From: Candidatus Moanibacter sp.
GTDB taxonomy: Bacteria; Verrucomicrobiota; Verrucomicrobiia; Opitutales; UBA2987
Assembly (NCBI GenBank): GCA_965215885.1
Contig: CBDCEW010000088.1
Coordinates: 35,853 to 99,852 of the forward strand
DNA: 64,000 nucleotides
Direction: 5' to 3'
This document shows, piece by piece, positions 41,565 through 52,722 of this stretch. The first letter of the stretch is position 1; the number at the start of each line of letters is the position of its first letter. The notes under the pieces were generated by a model, which was not told the DNA's origin, made no database searches, and saw only the letters and a list, made by a program, of their open reading frames with translations. A program made the position numbers and the translations under genes.

Positions 41565-43120
41565 TGAGTAAATTTCTGCAGCAGATTGCCGGTTTCTGGA
41601 GGGCACTGGGCCTCAATCAACGGGTGTCTATCGTATTTTCCATATTCGGCGTGTTTGCCGGAATGGTTGCGTTGCTGATCTGGACGAGCCGGCCGAGTCT
41701 GCGGCTGCTCTACGGGCGGCTGGATTCAAAGGATATGGCGGAAGTCATCGCCGCCGCGGAGGAGAAAGAGATACCGTATCGAATGGGTGCCGGAGGAAGC
41801 TCCATATTTGTGCCCGGCGATCAGGTCTACCGGTTACGTATGGAATTGGCCGCAAACGGAATTCCGAATGGAAGCGGGGTCGGTTTCGAGATCTTTGATC
41901 GCGGGAATTTTGGAATAAGCGATTTTGTGCAGCGTACAAACTATATTCGCGCGGTGCAGGGTGAGTTGTCGCGTACCATCAGTCAGTTGCAAGGCGTAGG
42001 TTCGGCCAGAGTGATGATAGTTGTGCCGGAGAATCGATTGCTGGTGACGAACGAAAAGGGTCGCGCCACCGCCTCGGTCTTTATCGATACGGGTGGGGGA
42101 CAGCTTGCGACTGAGTCAGTGAACTCGATACGCTTCCTGGTGGCAAATTCCGTTGAAGGACTACTGATAGACGATGTTGCCGTGGTCGACAATCATGGGA
42201 ATGTACTTTCGGAGGAATTGCGGCAGGTTGGAGTAGCGGGCGCCTCCTCCGGGCAGTTGAAGTATCGAAGGGGACTCGAAGAGTACTACACCAAGAAAGT
42301 GGAGACGATGCTCGGAACCGTGGTTGGTCCGGGTAATGTAGTGGCTCGGGTATCCGTGGAAGTGGATTCGGAGGCCTCCACGGTCCTGGAAGAACGTTTC
42401 GACCCGGAGAGTCAGGTAGCGCGGTCTGAGACGCAAGTGGAAGACACGACGGTTTCGAACGAATCCCGACCGAGGCAGACGGTTGGGGTGACGGCAAATG
42501 TGCCGAAAGAGGGAGAAACTGAGAACGCGGGATCGTCGAATGCCATGAGTACGTCGCAGGAAGTGCGGAAGAACAAGACGATAGCCTACGAAATAAATCG
42601 TTCCACCATAGAGACGGTGAAAAATCCCGGAAAGATTACCCGCATAAGCGCCGCGGTCTTTCTTGCCATGCGGATGGATGGAGAGGGCGAAAATGCCGAG
42701 CCTCTACCACGGACGGAGGAGGAGCTGAATTCGCTCAAAGCGATGGTCGGCAATGCCCTCGGGATCAATCTGGAAGCAAAGAATAGCGCCGGGTCCCTTA
42801 TAACATTAGAAGAAGCTGTCTTTGAAGGACTGCCGGCACCGAGCGAAGAGGGATTTACTCTGCTCCAGGACAAAATCATGCGCTGGTACGAAGTTCTCAG
42901 AAATTTCATAGCAGTAGGCGTTGCCGTTATCATGTTCTTGATCTTCCTGCGTATGGTTAAGCGCCACCGGCCGGAGAAGTTTAATTTCGAGATAATACCG
43001 GATTCCCGACAGGATGGAGTCAACCAGGCCAGGGACGTGACACCTCACGTTACTCCGGAGCTGCTGAACAGTCTGATTCTCGAGAAACCGGAAAACGTCA
43101 GCGCGGCTCTTAAAACCTAG
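41561..43120 (+). CDS. fliF: Flagellar M-ring protein FliF
   Basis: GFEIFD, RAVQGELSRTI, NSVEGL, two TM segments. Confidence 0.95.
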   Translation: MMSKFLQQIAGFWRALGLNQRVSIVFSIFGVFAGMVALLIWTSRPSLRLLYGRLDSKDMAEVIAAAEEKEIPYRMGAGGSSIFVPGDQVYRLRMELAANGIPNGSGVGFEIFDRGNFGISDFVQRTNYIRAVQGELSRTISQLQGVGSARVMIVVPENRLLVTNEKGRATASVFIDTGGGQLATESVNSIRFLVANSVEGLLIDDVAVVDNHGNVLSEELRQVGVAGASSGQLKYRRGLEEYYTKKVETMLGTVVGPGNVVARVSVEVDSEASTVLEERFDPESQVARSETQVEDTTVSNESRPRQTVGVTANVPKEGETENAGSSNAMSTSQEVRKNKTIAYEINRSTIETVKNPGKITRISAAVFLAMRMDGEGENAEPLPRTEEELNSLKAMVGNALGINLEAKNSAGSLITLEEAVFEGLPAPSEEGFTLLQDKIMRWYEVLRNFIAVGVAVIMFLIFLRMVKRHRPEKFNFEIIPDSRQDGVNQARDVTPHVTPELLNSLILEKPENVSAALKT

Positions 43121-43153
43121 GCCGGGACGGTGTCGCAAGATTAAGAAGGTGCC

Positions 43154-44188
43154 ATGGGAGTCGTTAATCTAGCGCCGATCGATTACGAGAGTCTCGGGAA
43201 ATTGCAGAAGATGGCATTATTCATGATCGTGATCGGTCCCGAGGCCGCATCCGTCCTGCTGCGCAATTTTGAAGACAATGACATCGAAATGATCTGTCGA
43301 GAGATCGCGAATTACAAGATCGTGGAGAAGCAGATCCAGGAAAAGGTGTCCCTTGAATTTTCCGAAATCATCGCAGAAAGCCTGAGTGCAGTCCTGGGAG
43401 GTGCACAGTTCGCTCACGAAGCGGTGGAGAAGGCAAAAGGTGATTTTAAAGCGGTAAATATCCTAGGACGTATCTCGCCGATTGGAAACTCGTCTGAAGT
43501 TGTCCGCGAATTCAGCGAAATGGAACCCCGCCAGATATTCAATCTGGTTCGGAATGAGCAGTCGCAGACCATCGCGTTTGTCATCTCTCATCTGAGCCTT
43601 GAAAAAGCGACAGCTCTCATGTCCATGCTTCCGCAGGATATTCGGGATGAAGTGGTCGAGCGAATCGGGGGAATGGAGCCGACTTCACTCGAGCATGTGA
43701 GCAAAGTGGTGGAGAGCCTGAAGAAACACGTCGGAAGGCAGCAGCAGCCAACCATGCATATTAGTGGCGGAATCCGAACGGTTGCCGACCTGATGAATCT
43801 GATGAACAAGGATGTGAGCAAAGGCCTTTTGGAGAAACTGGAGGAACGCAATCCGAACCTGGGGATCCAAATCAGGCGGAAGATGTTCAGTTTCGAGGAT
43901 CTGGTCCGTCTGCAGCCAAGCGAACTCCAACGAATCGCAAGAGAAATCGAAATGACGGACCTCGTAGTGGCCATGAAATCGGCCAACGCGGCCCTTCAGG
44001 AAGCAATATACGGATCCGTTTCGAGGCGCGCAGCGGAAACGCTAAAGGAGGAAATCGGAATGCTCGGACCGGTCCGGCTGAAAGATGTGGAAAGCGCGCA
44101 GGACCGCATCATTCAGGTGGTTCGAAGTCTCGAAGAAGAGGGAGAGATCACAATCGAGATGGGATCGAGCGACAGTGTCATACTTTAA
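43154..44188 (+). CDS. fliG: Flagellar motor switch protein FliG
   Basis: EQSQTIA, SGG linker, MFSFEDL, GPVRLKDVESAQ. Confidence 0.95.
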   Translation: MGVVNLAPIDYESLGKLQKMALFMIVIGPEAASVLLRNFEDNDIEMICREIANYKIVEKQIQEKVSLEFSEIIAESLSAVLGGAQFAHEAVEKAKGDFKAVNILGRISPIGNSSEVVREFSEMEPRQIFNLVRNEQSQTIAFVISHLSLEKATALMSMLPQDIRDEVVERIGGMEPTSLEHVSKVVESLKKHVGRQQQPTMHISGGIRTVADLMNLMNKDVSKGLLEKLEERNPNLGIQIRRKMFSFEDLVRLQPSELQRIAREIEMTDLVVAMKSANAALQEAIYGSVSRRAAETLKEEIGMLGPVRLKDVESAQDRIIQVVRSLEEEGEITIEMGSSDSVIL

Positions 44189-44756
44189 GACCATATCTCT
44201 ACCTGATCTCCTGAAAGGGTTGCGCGCTACCTACTTCGGGCCGCCACCGGTAAAGGGAGACGAGGTACCCCGGCTGGAGGAAGTCGCTTACAAAAGGGGA
44301 CACAATGATGCTGGGACGCGCTATAACTCCCAGATTCTGGAACAGCGACGGGAGGCAAAGCATTTACAGGAATGCCTTTTCGAGAAATTTGAGGCCGAGT
44401 TCGAGAGTACCATAAAAGAGATCAATAAACGGCTTCCCGGAATCGTCATGGCTTCGGTTCGCCGGGTGTGTGCAGGAATAGAACCGGATAGAGTATTGGT
44501 CGAAAATATCATTGGCGAGGTCATGGATGAGGGCACACCGGATAGTGAGAATCTGGAGATTTTTCTCTCTACTGAGGATTTCAAACTTGTAGACGGCAAA
44601 CTGAATTTTTCCCCGGAGCGGTTCCCAAAGCTTTCGATTGTGGAAGATCCCGACTTGTACGTCGGTGACTGTATGATGCGAAGCCGGTTTGGAATAGTAG
44701 ATGGGAGGATGAATACAAAATTGAGGAGAATAGAGAGCGAGTTGGAGGCAGGATGA
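44175..44756 (+). CDS. fliH: Flagellar assembly protein FliH
   Basis: Between fliG and fliI; AYKRG repeat and GDC..SRFGIVDG C-terminus. Confidence 0.85.
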   Translation: MSYFKTISLPDLLKGLRATYFGPPPVKGDEVPRLEEVAYKRGHNDAGTRYNSQILEQRREAKHLQECLFEKFEAEFESTIKEINKRLPGIVMASVRRVCAGIEPDRVLVENIIGEVMDEGTPDSENLEIFLSTEDFKLVDGKLNFSPERFPKLSIVEDPDLYVGDCMMRSRFGIVDGRMNTKLRRIESELEAG

Positions 44757-46075
44757 GTTATAGAGTCGCAGATAGCCTCCAATGGATCGAAGAGCGCGTC
44801 GCGGGAACAGGGCCTATCGAGAAAATAGGTAAAGTGGTCCAGGTTGCCGGAATCCTCATTCATTCAGAGGGTCCTGAGGCGTCGCTGGGAGAGATCTGTA
44901 AGATACGGTCCTCTCGGCGCGGTGTGTCAATGGATGCTGAGGTTGTCGGTTTTAGGGACAATCGACTGTTGCTCATGCCCCTCGGCGATATGCAGAACAT
45001 TCATCCGGGTTGTGAAGTTTTTGCGGAGGTCGGTAGAGCAAGGGTTCCGACTGGTCCGGGACTTCTAGGAAGAGTCATCGATGGGTTGGGAAGACCGATT
45101 GATGATCTCGGTCCTCTGCGGGTGGAGTCGAAGGGTGGAGTCGATGTGGTCGCTCCAGATCCGATGAAGCGTGAGCCGATCAACACTCCCTTTGAAACGG
45201 GAGTACGTGCAATCGACGCCTTCACTCCCTTGGGACGCGGGCAACGAATGGGCATTTTCTCCGGTAGTGGTGTCGGGAAGTCCACCCTTCTCGGAATGAT
45301 CGCACGAGGAACGGAGGCGGATATCAATGTGATCGCCATGGTAGGTGAACGAGGCCGCGAGTTGAGGGAGTTTATAGATAACGATTTGGGCGAGGAGGGA
45401 CGGAAGCGTTCCGTCGTAGTCGTTTCGACATCCGATCAGTCGGCACCAAAACGGGTGAGGGCTGCTCTTTTGGCCACTGCCATCGGCGAGTCATTTCGGT
45501 CCGAAGGCGCGAGTGTCCTGCTTCTGCTGGACTCAATCACACGATTCGCCATGGCACAGAGGGAGATCGGCCTTGCCGTGGGGGAACCCCCCACAGCGCG
45601 GGGATATACGCCTTCGGTTTTCTCAGTACTCCCCCGCCTTTTGGAGCGAACAGGAGTGAGCGAGCGAGGGGCGATCACGGCGCTTTACACGATATTGGTC
45701 GAGGGTGACGACTTCAATGAACCGATAGCTGACGCGGTGCGTGGAATACTCGACGGTCACATCGTGTTGAGTCGCGACCTTGCCACAGCCAATTTTTATC
45801 CTCCCGTAGATGTGATCGGAAGCGTCAGCCGGTTGATTCTAAAAGTATGTTCCAAGCGTGAAATTGAGCTGGTCAACAGAGCCCGAGATCTCCTTTCGGT
45901 GCATCGAAGAAACGAGGATCTCATTAATATCGGGGCCTACGCAAAAGGCAGCAACGCGAAAATCGATGAAGCGATTGTGCGATACGATGCCATCATGGAA
46001 TTTATCCGACAGCCCGTTGATGAACATTATTCGCGGAAAGAGAGTTTTTCCCGACTGGAAGGGGTGCTCGGATGA
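44753..46075 (+). CDS. fliI: Flagellar export ATPase FliI
   Basis: GSGVGKS, GERGRE, DSITRFAMAQRE, LDGHIVLSR. Confidence 0.96.
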   Translation: MSYRVADSLQWIEERVAGTGPIEKIGKVVQVAGILIHSEGPEASLGEICKIRSSRRGVSMDAEVVGFRDNRLLLMPLGDMQNIHPGCEVFAEVGRARVPTGPGLLGRVIDGLGRPIDDLGPLRVESKGGVDVVAPDPMKREPINTPFETGVRAIDAFTPLGRGQRMGIFSGSGVGKSTLLGMIARGTEADINVIAMVGERGRELREFIDNDLGEEGRKRSVVVVSTSDQSAPKRVRAALLATAIGESFRSEGASVLLLLDSITRFAMAQREIGLAVGEPPTARGYTPSVFSVLPRLLERTGVSERGAITALYTILVEGDDFNEPIADAVRGILDGHIVLSRDLATANFYPPVDVIGSVSRLILKVCSKREIELVNRARDLLSVHRRNEDLINIGAYAKGSNAKIDEAIVRYDAIMEFIRQPVDEHYSRKESFSRLEGVLG

Positions 46076-46533
46076 GGCGATTTCGTTTTCCATTGGAGTC
46101 GGCGCTCGTCATGAGGAGGACGGTTATGGAGGGTACCGCAACAGCTTATGCGAAAGTCGTTAAAAAACGAATGGAAAAGGAGGCTGACTTCGAACTCTGT
46201 GAGAAGGGGCTTGATCGGCTGAATCGGCAGATTGCCGATAGTCGAGCCTGCACCTTACGGGCAGGAATGGCTCTACCGTATTGCGAAGCAATTAAAGAAG
46301 CCACCTTTCGCCTCCGTGAACTGAAAGCCTCATTGCAGAGTGCTCACAAACAGGAAGAGGAAAGTAGAGTGAACTTTCTGAAAGCCCGAGCCAACGCCAG
46401 GGCATTGAGTCGATTGAAGGAGTGGCGATTGAGAGACTTTCTCGAAAGGGAGTTTCGTAAGGAATCCAGGCAGTTAGACGATCTAGTAGCATCGCGGCGA
46501 AAGCACACATTGGGAGCGGGAGGACCCTGTTGA
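46072..46533 (+). CDS. fliJ: Flagellar export protein FliJ
   Basis: MRRFRFPLE N-terminus, coiled coil, follows fliI. Confidence 0.85.
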   Translation: MRRFRFPLESALVMRRTVMEGTATAYAKVVKKRMEKEADFELCEKGLDRLNRQIADSRACTLRAGMALPYCEAIKEATFRLRELKASLQSAHKQEEESRVNFLKARANARALSRLKEWRLRDFLEREFRKESRQLDDLVASRRKHTLGAGGPC

Positions 46534-47141
46534 TGTTACGCTCGCTCTGGTTTCTGGGATTTCTGGCCATAATCGTAAATCTGGCGACGGTGGCTGCAGT
46601 CTTTATACGCAACCTGGACGAGTTCGCCTACACTCCTTCAGAGACGGACCTACTGGAAGGGATCGAAGACAAATCAGTTACCTGGAACTTTCGAACCAAT
46701 GAAATTCAGAAGATGGTGAGGGACCTTGAAAAGGAGAAAGACAGACTGAGCCTTCGGGAGTCAGAAGTGGCCAAATGGGAAGCGCAGATCAAAGCGGAAA
46801 AGGGAGAATTAGAACGCTTAAAGAGTGAGATCGAGAGCTTTCGAAACGACCTGTCCCGGCGATTTGTTCTGATTGAGGAGAGTGAAGCGAAGAATCTGAA
46901 GATTCTGGTTACGACATACGCCAGTATGCGCGCAGATTCAGTCGTAGCAGTTATGGACGAGTTTGATGAAGTGATGGTGGTCAAGCTTCTCTCAATTATG
47001 AAACCTGCAGCGGTGGCGCTTATCTATGAAGAGATGCTTAAAAAGGAGGGAGACAAGGGGGCGGCCGCCAAAAGGGTGGCCCACCTGTCGGAAAAACTCC
47101 GGCTACTCCAGAAGTCCGAAATGGAAAAAGAGGGAGAGTAA
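46530..47141 (+). CDS. MotE/FlbB-like flagellar protein
   Basis: TM plus coiled coil plus LVTTYASM..; position after fliJ. Confidence 0.7.
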   Translation: MMLRSLWFLGFLAIIVNLATVAAVFIRNLDEFAYTPSETDLLEGIEDKSVTWNFRTNEIQKMVRDLEKEKDRLSLRESEVAKWEAQIKAEKGELERLKSEIESFRNDLSRRFVLIEESEAKNLKILVTTYASMRADSVVAVMDEFDEVMVVKLLSIMKPAAVALIYEEMLKKEGDKGAAAKRVAHLSEKLRLLQKSEMEKEGE

Positions 47142-48022
47142 TCGGTGAACAGTAACAAGATGAAGGTCCTAGGTACTCGAGTAATAAGGTCCCCGGATAG
47201 AGAGAGTTTATAGTGCCGACTGAAAATGCGGTTGAAATCGCGGTGCTGTCGAGCGGAGAGAAGGTAGCGCCTGCCGGAAAAATTTCGCGATCCAATTCCG
47301 ATAGCGAACTCAAATTCCTCTTACCGGTTCGAAGAGGTCCCGATTCCGCAAGCCAACCTTCTCCCAAAAGAATTGAAATACGGGAGACCCAGACAATCAG
47401 CGTGCAAACACGTCGCACAACCGATCTCCCACCAGAGTCTCCCGTCGAAGGAGAGAGTGAAGAGGAGGTGACTCGAGGGCCTTCGGCCGTGGCCGCAAGC
47501 GGCTCGACTGCCTTGGACTCTAATGCTCGCGTTGGAAGGGAGGCCACCCGAGCCACTCCTCACTCAAAACCTCCCTCCAAGGGATGGACTCATTTCTCCG
47601 ATCGAATTCCCGACGGATTCCTAAATGCCGTGAAGAAATCGGCTGATGGGGCGGGAAGTCAGTCAAGCTCCCGACGGGCGGCCGGATCAATCATGGATGA
47701 ATCCTCGAAACCACCATCCCCGTATTGCGTTTCTGAGGCTGCCCCGGTCTTGTGCCGGGGTGGCGTGCGGTATACAGCTACAATACGCGATTGCTACCGC
47801 GCACCCCTCCGCCGGTCCTTTCTTGCCCCAGCCGTGTCTCGGCTGGGGCAAGAAAGGACCGGCGGAGGGGTTGGTAGAGGCTCACGGTTCATAGCAGGGA
47901 ACGCACGCCACCCCGGCACAAGACCCATCGTTCTGAATTTCGGTTGGCACGCAAATTGCGTGGAGTTCTCTGGTTAGAGCATGAAGAAAATGGGGAGCAG
48001 AGGGAGGGCACTGGAGTCGTTG

Positions 48023-49884
48023 TCAGGAGGCAATCCGATGGGGTTGCGGGTTTAAGGATTGATCCTGGCGATTACAGACTTCGAAGAGTTCCTCAAGGAA
48101 GTTTTCTTTTCGCAGGAGCTTTTTGGGCAATCGACCCACGGCGAGGGTTTTTCTGTTCGCCCGCCAGTGACTGAAGGGGGGTGCTTTCTGTGCAGCCTGG
48201 GCAAGCTTTTGGGGCAGATTATCGATACTGCCTAAAACCAGCTCCACATAGCGGGGATTGTGTAAGTTGGCCAGGAGCATGTATTCTTCGGGGAGCGCTT
48301 CAAAGTCGCGCGTCAGATTTTTGCGCCCGTGGGTTTGACGGCGTTTGCGCTTGGAGGTGCGCCAGGTGCCTTCCAGCTCATTGGTCGTGCGTACGCTGTC
48401 TGGATGGGCCGGTGGGGGAAGCAGCCGCTGCCAGTATTTGTCCAGATGAGTGACCACGGTGCGGTAGAGTTTGGCTTTCGAGGGGTTGGTCAGGGAGGCG
48501 CCTTTTTGGCGATATTGGGCACGCAGCAACTGGAGAGCCTCGGTGAGCTCAGCGGCTTGTCCTGCTTGCAACAGATAAGGGTCGCTTAAAGGGCAGGGGC
48601 CGCTGGCGCTGAGCCAAAGGGCATCGCGCAAAGCGCTGAAAATGCAAAAAGCGTTTTCATAGATAGTAGCGGCTTCGATGACGAGGGCATCAGCCAGATA
48701 CTGCTTCAACCCGGTCGAAAGATGAAAGAAGCTTCGCAGAACAGAGCAACTGGCAGGAGCGCGGGCAAGCCACTGCTCCAGGGCGGCATGGGCGCGCACG
48801 ACCCGCCGATGCCAATAAAGCAGGTAAGGATCGAAGGGAAAGCCCTGGCGGTGACCGTCGCAGGGATAATCCAAAATCCACAATTGCAGGGCCATGAGCA
48901 GTTCCCGTGCAAGGGTGGGATCGAAGGGCACTGCGAGCGCTTTGGCGGTGAGCAAATCGGCCAGGACGAGGGCGTGTTTTTCACGGAGGGCGTCACGGAG
49001 CTTTGCGGTGATGTGTTTGCGTTGCTCGCGCATGCGCTCCATGAGCTTCAATTGCCGCAAGCGCCCGTTGAGCATCTGCTGGGGTTTTCGATAAAGCTGT
49101 TCGCCCACATTGCGGGCGAAATGATAATGGCAGACGCCATGGGGGGCCTGGAAGGTTTCGCTCTCGCAGGCCTTGCTGATCTGAGCGCTTAAATCATGAT
49201 AGACATGGTGGGGTTGGCCAAAAGCCCGGGCCGCCCGGGCAAAACAGCCACTGATCGTTTCGCTCTGTTCGGAAGGCATTTTCCAGCTGCCCAAAAGGAT
49301 CCCTTCGTCGGCTTCCTGAACAGCGAAGAAAACCGGCGTCTGCGGTTCCACGGTCCCATCCACCAGCCAGCGCAGGCAAGGGCGAGCGCTCAGGTAATCT
49401 TTAAGCACCGGAGCGGCCGCGGCGTGCAGCCGACCCAGATAAAAAAGAAACTTCTGCTGCATCTCATAGAGGCTGCTTTGAGCAATCTGCAGCTGCCCCG
49501 GGCCCTCGCGCAGTTCCCTGTGCACCTCTTTGAGGGTGGCGCTTTCGCACAAACATCGCTTGCCCACATAGGCAATCAGATCGTAAGCGTAGCGACTATG
49601 CGAGGGCACGATCTGTTCCAGGCGAGCAGAACGGTAGCTGTTGCGGTGGCTCCCTTGCCCCTGCTCGCGCACAACTTCCACCGCCTGGAAGCATCCATAG
49701 GAGAAACTGACCACCTTGCGGCGCAGGGTCTTGCGCACCTCTGAAGGACCCTCTTCGTCCTCCCGGGCATCGAAGCGATAACTCGTTTGCGCAGGCACAG
49801 CCCCCACCGTTTGCAGGGCCCGTTCAGCCTCTGCCCGCAAATCATGTAACAGCTCCGCTACCGCGATCGGTCCGGTTTTTTTTT
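48023..49884 (-). CDS. Transposase catalytic ORF (DDE-like), likely reached by -1 frameshift
   Basis: WLVDGT, YHDLS, CHYHF, RTTNELE; frame open back to the A9 run. Confidence 0.8.
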
Positions 49885-50595
49885 GAGCGAGTAAAACGCC
49901 ATCACCCGCTCAATTTGCTCCCCGCTCAGCTCTACTCCCTGCTCTTGCATAAGCTCGACAAGCTCCTTGACCCCGGCCTCGGGATGGCCGATACAGGCGA
50001 CCAGCAAAGCGATCACGACCATCGTTTCGAGCCCTTCGGGAGCTGCCTGCAAAGCGCCCCCGGGGTCCCCTGCCTGAACTTGTGCCGCTGTTCTTCGCCC
50101 TTGCCGCCGCTTTTTCTGTTCGGCCCCGCCCTGTTCCCCGGCCGAGACATACACGCAGTGACGCCCTTCATAGTATCGACTCAACCGCTTCTTTCTACAA
50201 AGCACGCTTATGGGGTTGTGCACCCGTACCCCAAGGAGGGTCTCCAACTCAGCCACCGTGTAGCCGCAAAGCGAAGCTCCCACCACCGCCTCCACGGTCT
50301 CCTCCAAGGTGCCGTGGCGCGAAAAGCGCCCCTTGCGAAAACGCCACAAACCGGCCCCGTCAAAGCGCGGAATGTCTTTCAAGCTCAGGTAGCCACAATT
50401 GGCATTGTAACTGGAGTAATGGCCATATTTTTGCAAAGCCCGATAGACCGTTCGCCGCGACACCCTCTGCTCCTTCATCAGCCTCCACACCGTGCTTACC
50501 CGATCCCGCCGTACCGCTTCGACCACCTCCCTCTCTTTACGCGAAAGCTCTTCTTGCATGCACCGGCACAGTATGGAAAGGAGGCAAAACTGCAA
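49858..50595 (-). CDS. IS ORF1, HTH-like DNA-binding protein
   Basis: SRRTVYRAL HTH-like segment; ends LKKKPDRSR at an A9 slippery site. Confidence 0.75.
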   Translation of the reverse strand: MQFCLLSILCRCMQEELSRKEREVVEAVRRDRVSTVWRLMKEQRVSRRTVYRALQKYGHYSSYNANCGYLSLKDIPRFDGAGLWRFRKGRFSRHGTLEETVEAVVGASLCGYTVAELETLLGVRVHNPISVLCRKKRLSRYYEGRHCVYVSAGEQGGAEQKKRRQGRRTAAQVQAGDPGGALQAAPEGLETMVVIALLVACIGHPEAGVKELVELMQEQGVELSGEQIERVMAFYSLKKKPDRSR

Positions 50596-52722
50596 ACTTT
50601 ATTTTACATACAATGCCAATACCAACTTTCTCCAGCTCCCTTCGCTTCTACTCAATTGCCACCAGAAATCAACTCCCCGTTCAAAGCGCTTTTGTAACTG
50701 ATTAATACTCAACAAGTTTCTAACTGAAAACAAACCTGCAGGAAAAGCTCTCTACCTCTAACGAACCCACACACAACAATCGTTGAAACTCCATTCTGGC
50801 ATACTATGTAATCAATAGAATCTTGCAAGTGCCTGAATAACATTTACTTTGGGTTCTCCAACCCAATTTCGTAATTATGGGCACAAGACCGGGACAGCCA
50901 GCAATCAAAGGCATGCTGAACACATACAGTTCCCCTCCCGCGCAGGGGTTAGGGGTGGGTTCTTCCCAATCAGGTATTCACCTTAGAAATACGTTAGTCG
51001 ACGCTCCGCCATCCCGAGTGAACAGTGAAGTATCAAGTCAACCGGAAGAGAGGCCGGATGGCTCGAACAGAATCTTGCGAAGAGTAGGGAAGGTAGTGGG
51101 TCCTGCCGTAATGCCGCCGATCAGAATGCCAGTTGCAAATGTGCAACAGTCAGGAAATGTGCGAGTTGCGGTTCAAGAGTTTGGGATAAAAGTGGCGCGA
51201 GGAGAGGGGAAAGTGCAGTTCGTTGGGACGAGAAAAGGCGCCGGATCTGAATCAGAACCTCAGGGAGAGGGTCTTCGAATTTCCCGGTCTTCCGGTGGCA
51301 AAACGGCTTCCGTTGGTTCAGCCGGTACTCGAAGTGTCACGGCGGCTGCGACCGGCAATCCGAGATCGGCCACGGCTCCTTGGGCGTCTACTCAGGATCT
51401 GGTACCTTTTCAAACGACAAGACAGGCGCGAAACCATGTCCTAACGGATATTCCGAGAGACAACCACGGCGGTGAAATGTCAAAAGAGATATCTAAAGGG
51501 CAGGATAGGAGGGGTCGAACCCGTAGAGAATTGCCCTCGTCAAGTGTAGGGAGGTCATCAACTCACCGGTCGGCTCCGGCTGAAGTGACCGGTTCGACAA
51601 GAGAATCTCCGCTTCACCATAGTCGATCCGCATTGGGAATTCCCCGAATTGCTCGGGGCAGCAGCCCCGCTTCCAGCCTGAGAGAGGGAATGGTTACGGT
51701 AAACCCGAGAAGTGAGGTGAAGAATTCGATCGGAGAATTGAGAGTTGGAAAAGTTGCTTATGAAGATGAGCCGTTCAGTGAAGCACTTCGAAAGACACCG
51801 CTGGAGCCGGAACGGACAACGGCAGTGAGGGGTGGCACGGGAGAACGCGGGTCCCCGGAAGTGCGAGTAAGGCCAGAACCAGCGAACAGGCGAACAGGCG
51901 GACAGAGCGACCGCCTCGCAATGATTACCCTAGCGCTCCCATTCGCGCCAGCCGCCAGAGTGCCACGGCACTTAACGGCGGAGGATCGAAAATGGAAAAT
52001 ATTTCCGGTGAACATCCTTCCCAATTCGTTTTCAAGGGTGGGGAAAACAGTAGCAGCACAATGGAAATGAACCTCTTACCCACTGAGTACGAACGAATTG
52101 TGCAGAGGGGCAAAACTCCTGGCACAGTAGATGCTCCCAGGTCCACGATGATTTATTACCCTAAACCAGGCACTACGAACTCCGATTCTGAAAAAGGTGT
52201 CGATAGGAATTCGGAGGGGGCGCCTCACTCGCATAGTATTATGCCGAGTAGAAGCAACCTGGGTGGCGGAGAGCAGGGATTTACGAGCAACGGTCGCTTA
52301 GGAAATGGCGGAGGGAATTCGCCGCGGGAGGAATATACGAACTCATCCACGGCCCTTGGAGGGACGCGAGGCGGGGCAGCTGAGTCGACCCTTTCAGAGG
52401 TTGCGCGCATCTTAGATCATAACGTCGCCTCTCATGCGGGGGTAAATCTGTCTGCAATTATCTTGAAGTTGTTGGAGAGAATGCGAAAAGGGCGAAGGTC
52501 CGCCCTTAAGGTTTCACGCGGCCTAATCGACGGGAGACAGCTTCTCCTGCGGTTGCGGGTACGAAGAGGCCAGGTTGAAGCGCAGTTTCAGACTAACTCG
52601 AAAGGTATTCGAGAGGTACTGGAGAAGGGATGGGAGCGCCTCGTAAGAGGAGCGGCGGACAAAGGTATTCGCCTTGCGGCTCCAAAATTTGAAAAGCGTT
52701 CTCGAAGTAAACCAGTCTAAAG

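Larger units (their letters stand above)
47737..50899 (-). mobile_element. Two-ORF insertion sequence, 3163 bp, unclassified
   Basis: 20-bp TIR GGCTG(C/T)CCCGGTCTTGTGCC (19/20); no TSD visible. Confidence 0.9.
47213..52720 (+). pseudogene. fliK: Probable hook-length control protein FliK, split by an IS and a frameshift near 51910
   Basis: Low-complexity S/P/R/G-rich ORFs rejoin in frame across the IS (VSE-AIKG); C-terminal LRLRVRRGQVEAQF..LE..L..L resembles the Flg_hook domain; directly precedes flgD. Confidence 0.7.

Noticed and set aside
43118..43120. Genome-wide TAG reassignment
   Set aside because: TAG ends acyP, fliR, flhB, flhA, flhF and others at expected positions.
49196..50705. Plus-strand ORFs of 180-260 aa within the IS
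   Set aside because: Antisense shadows of the transposase genes with no recognisable motifs.
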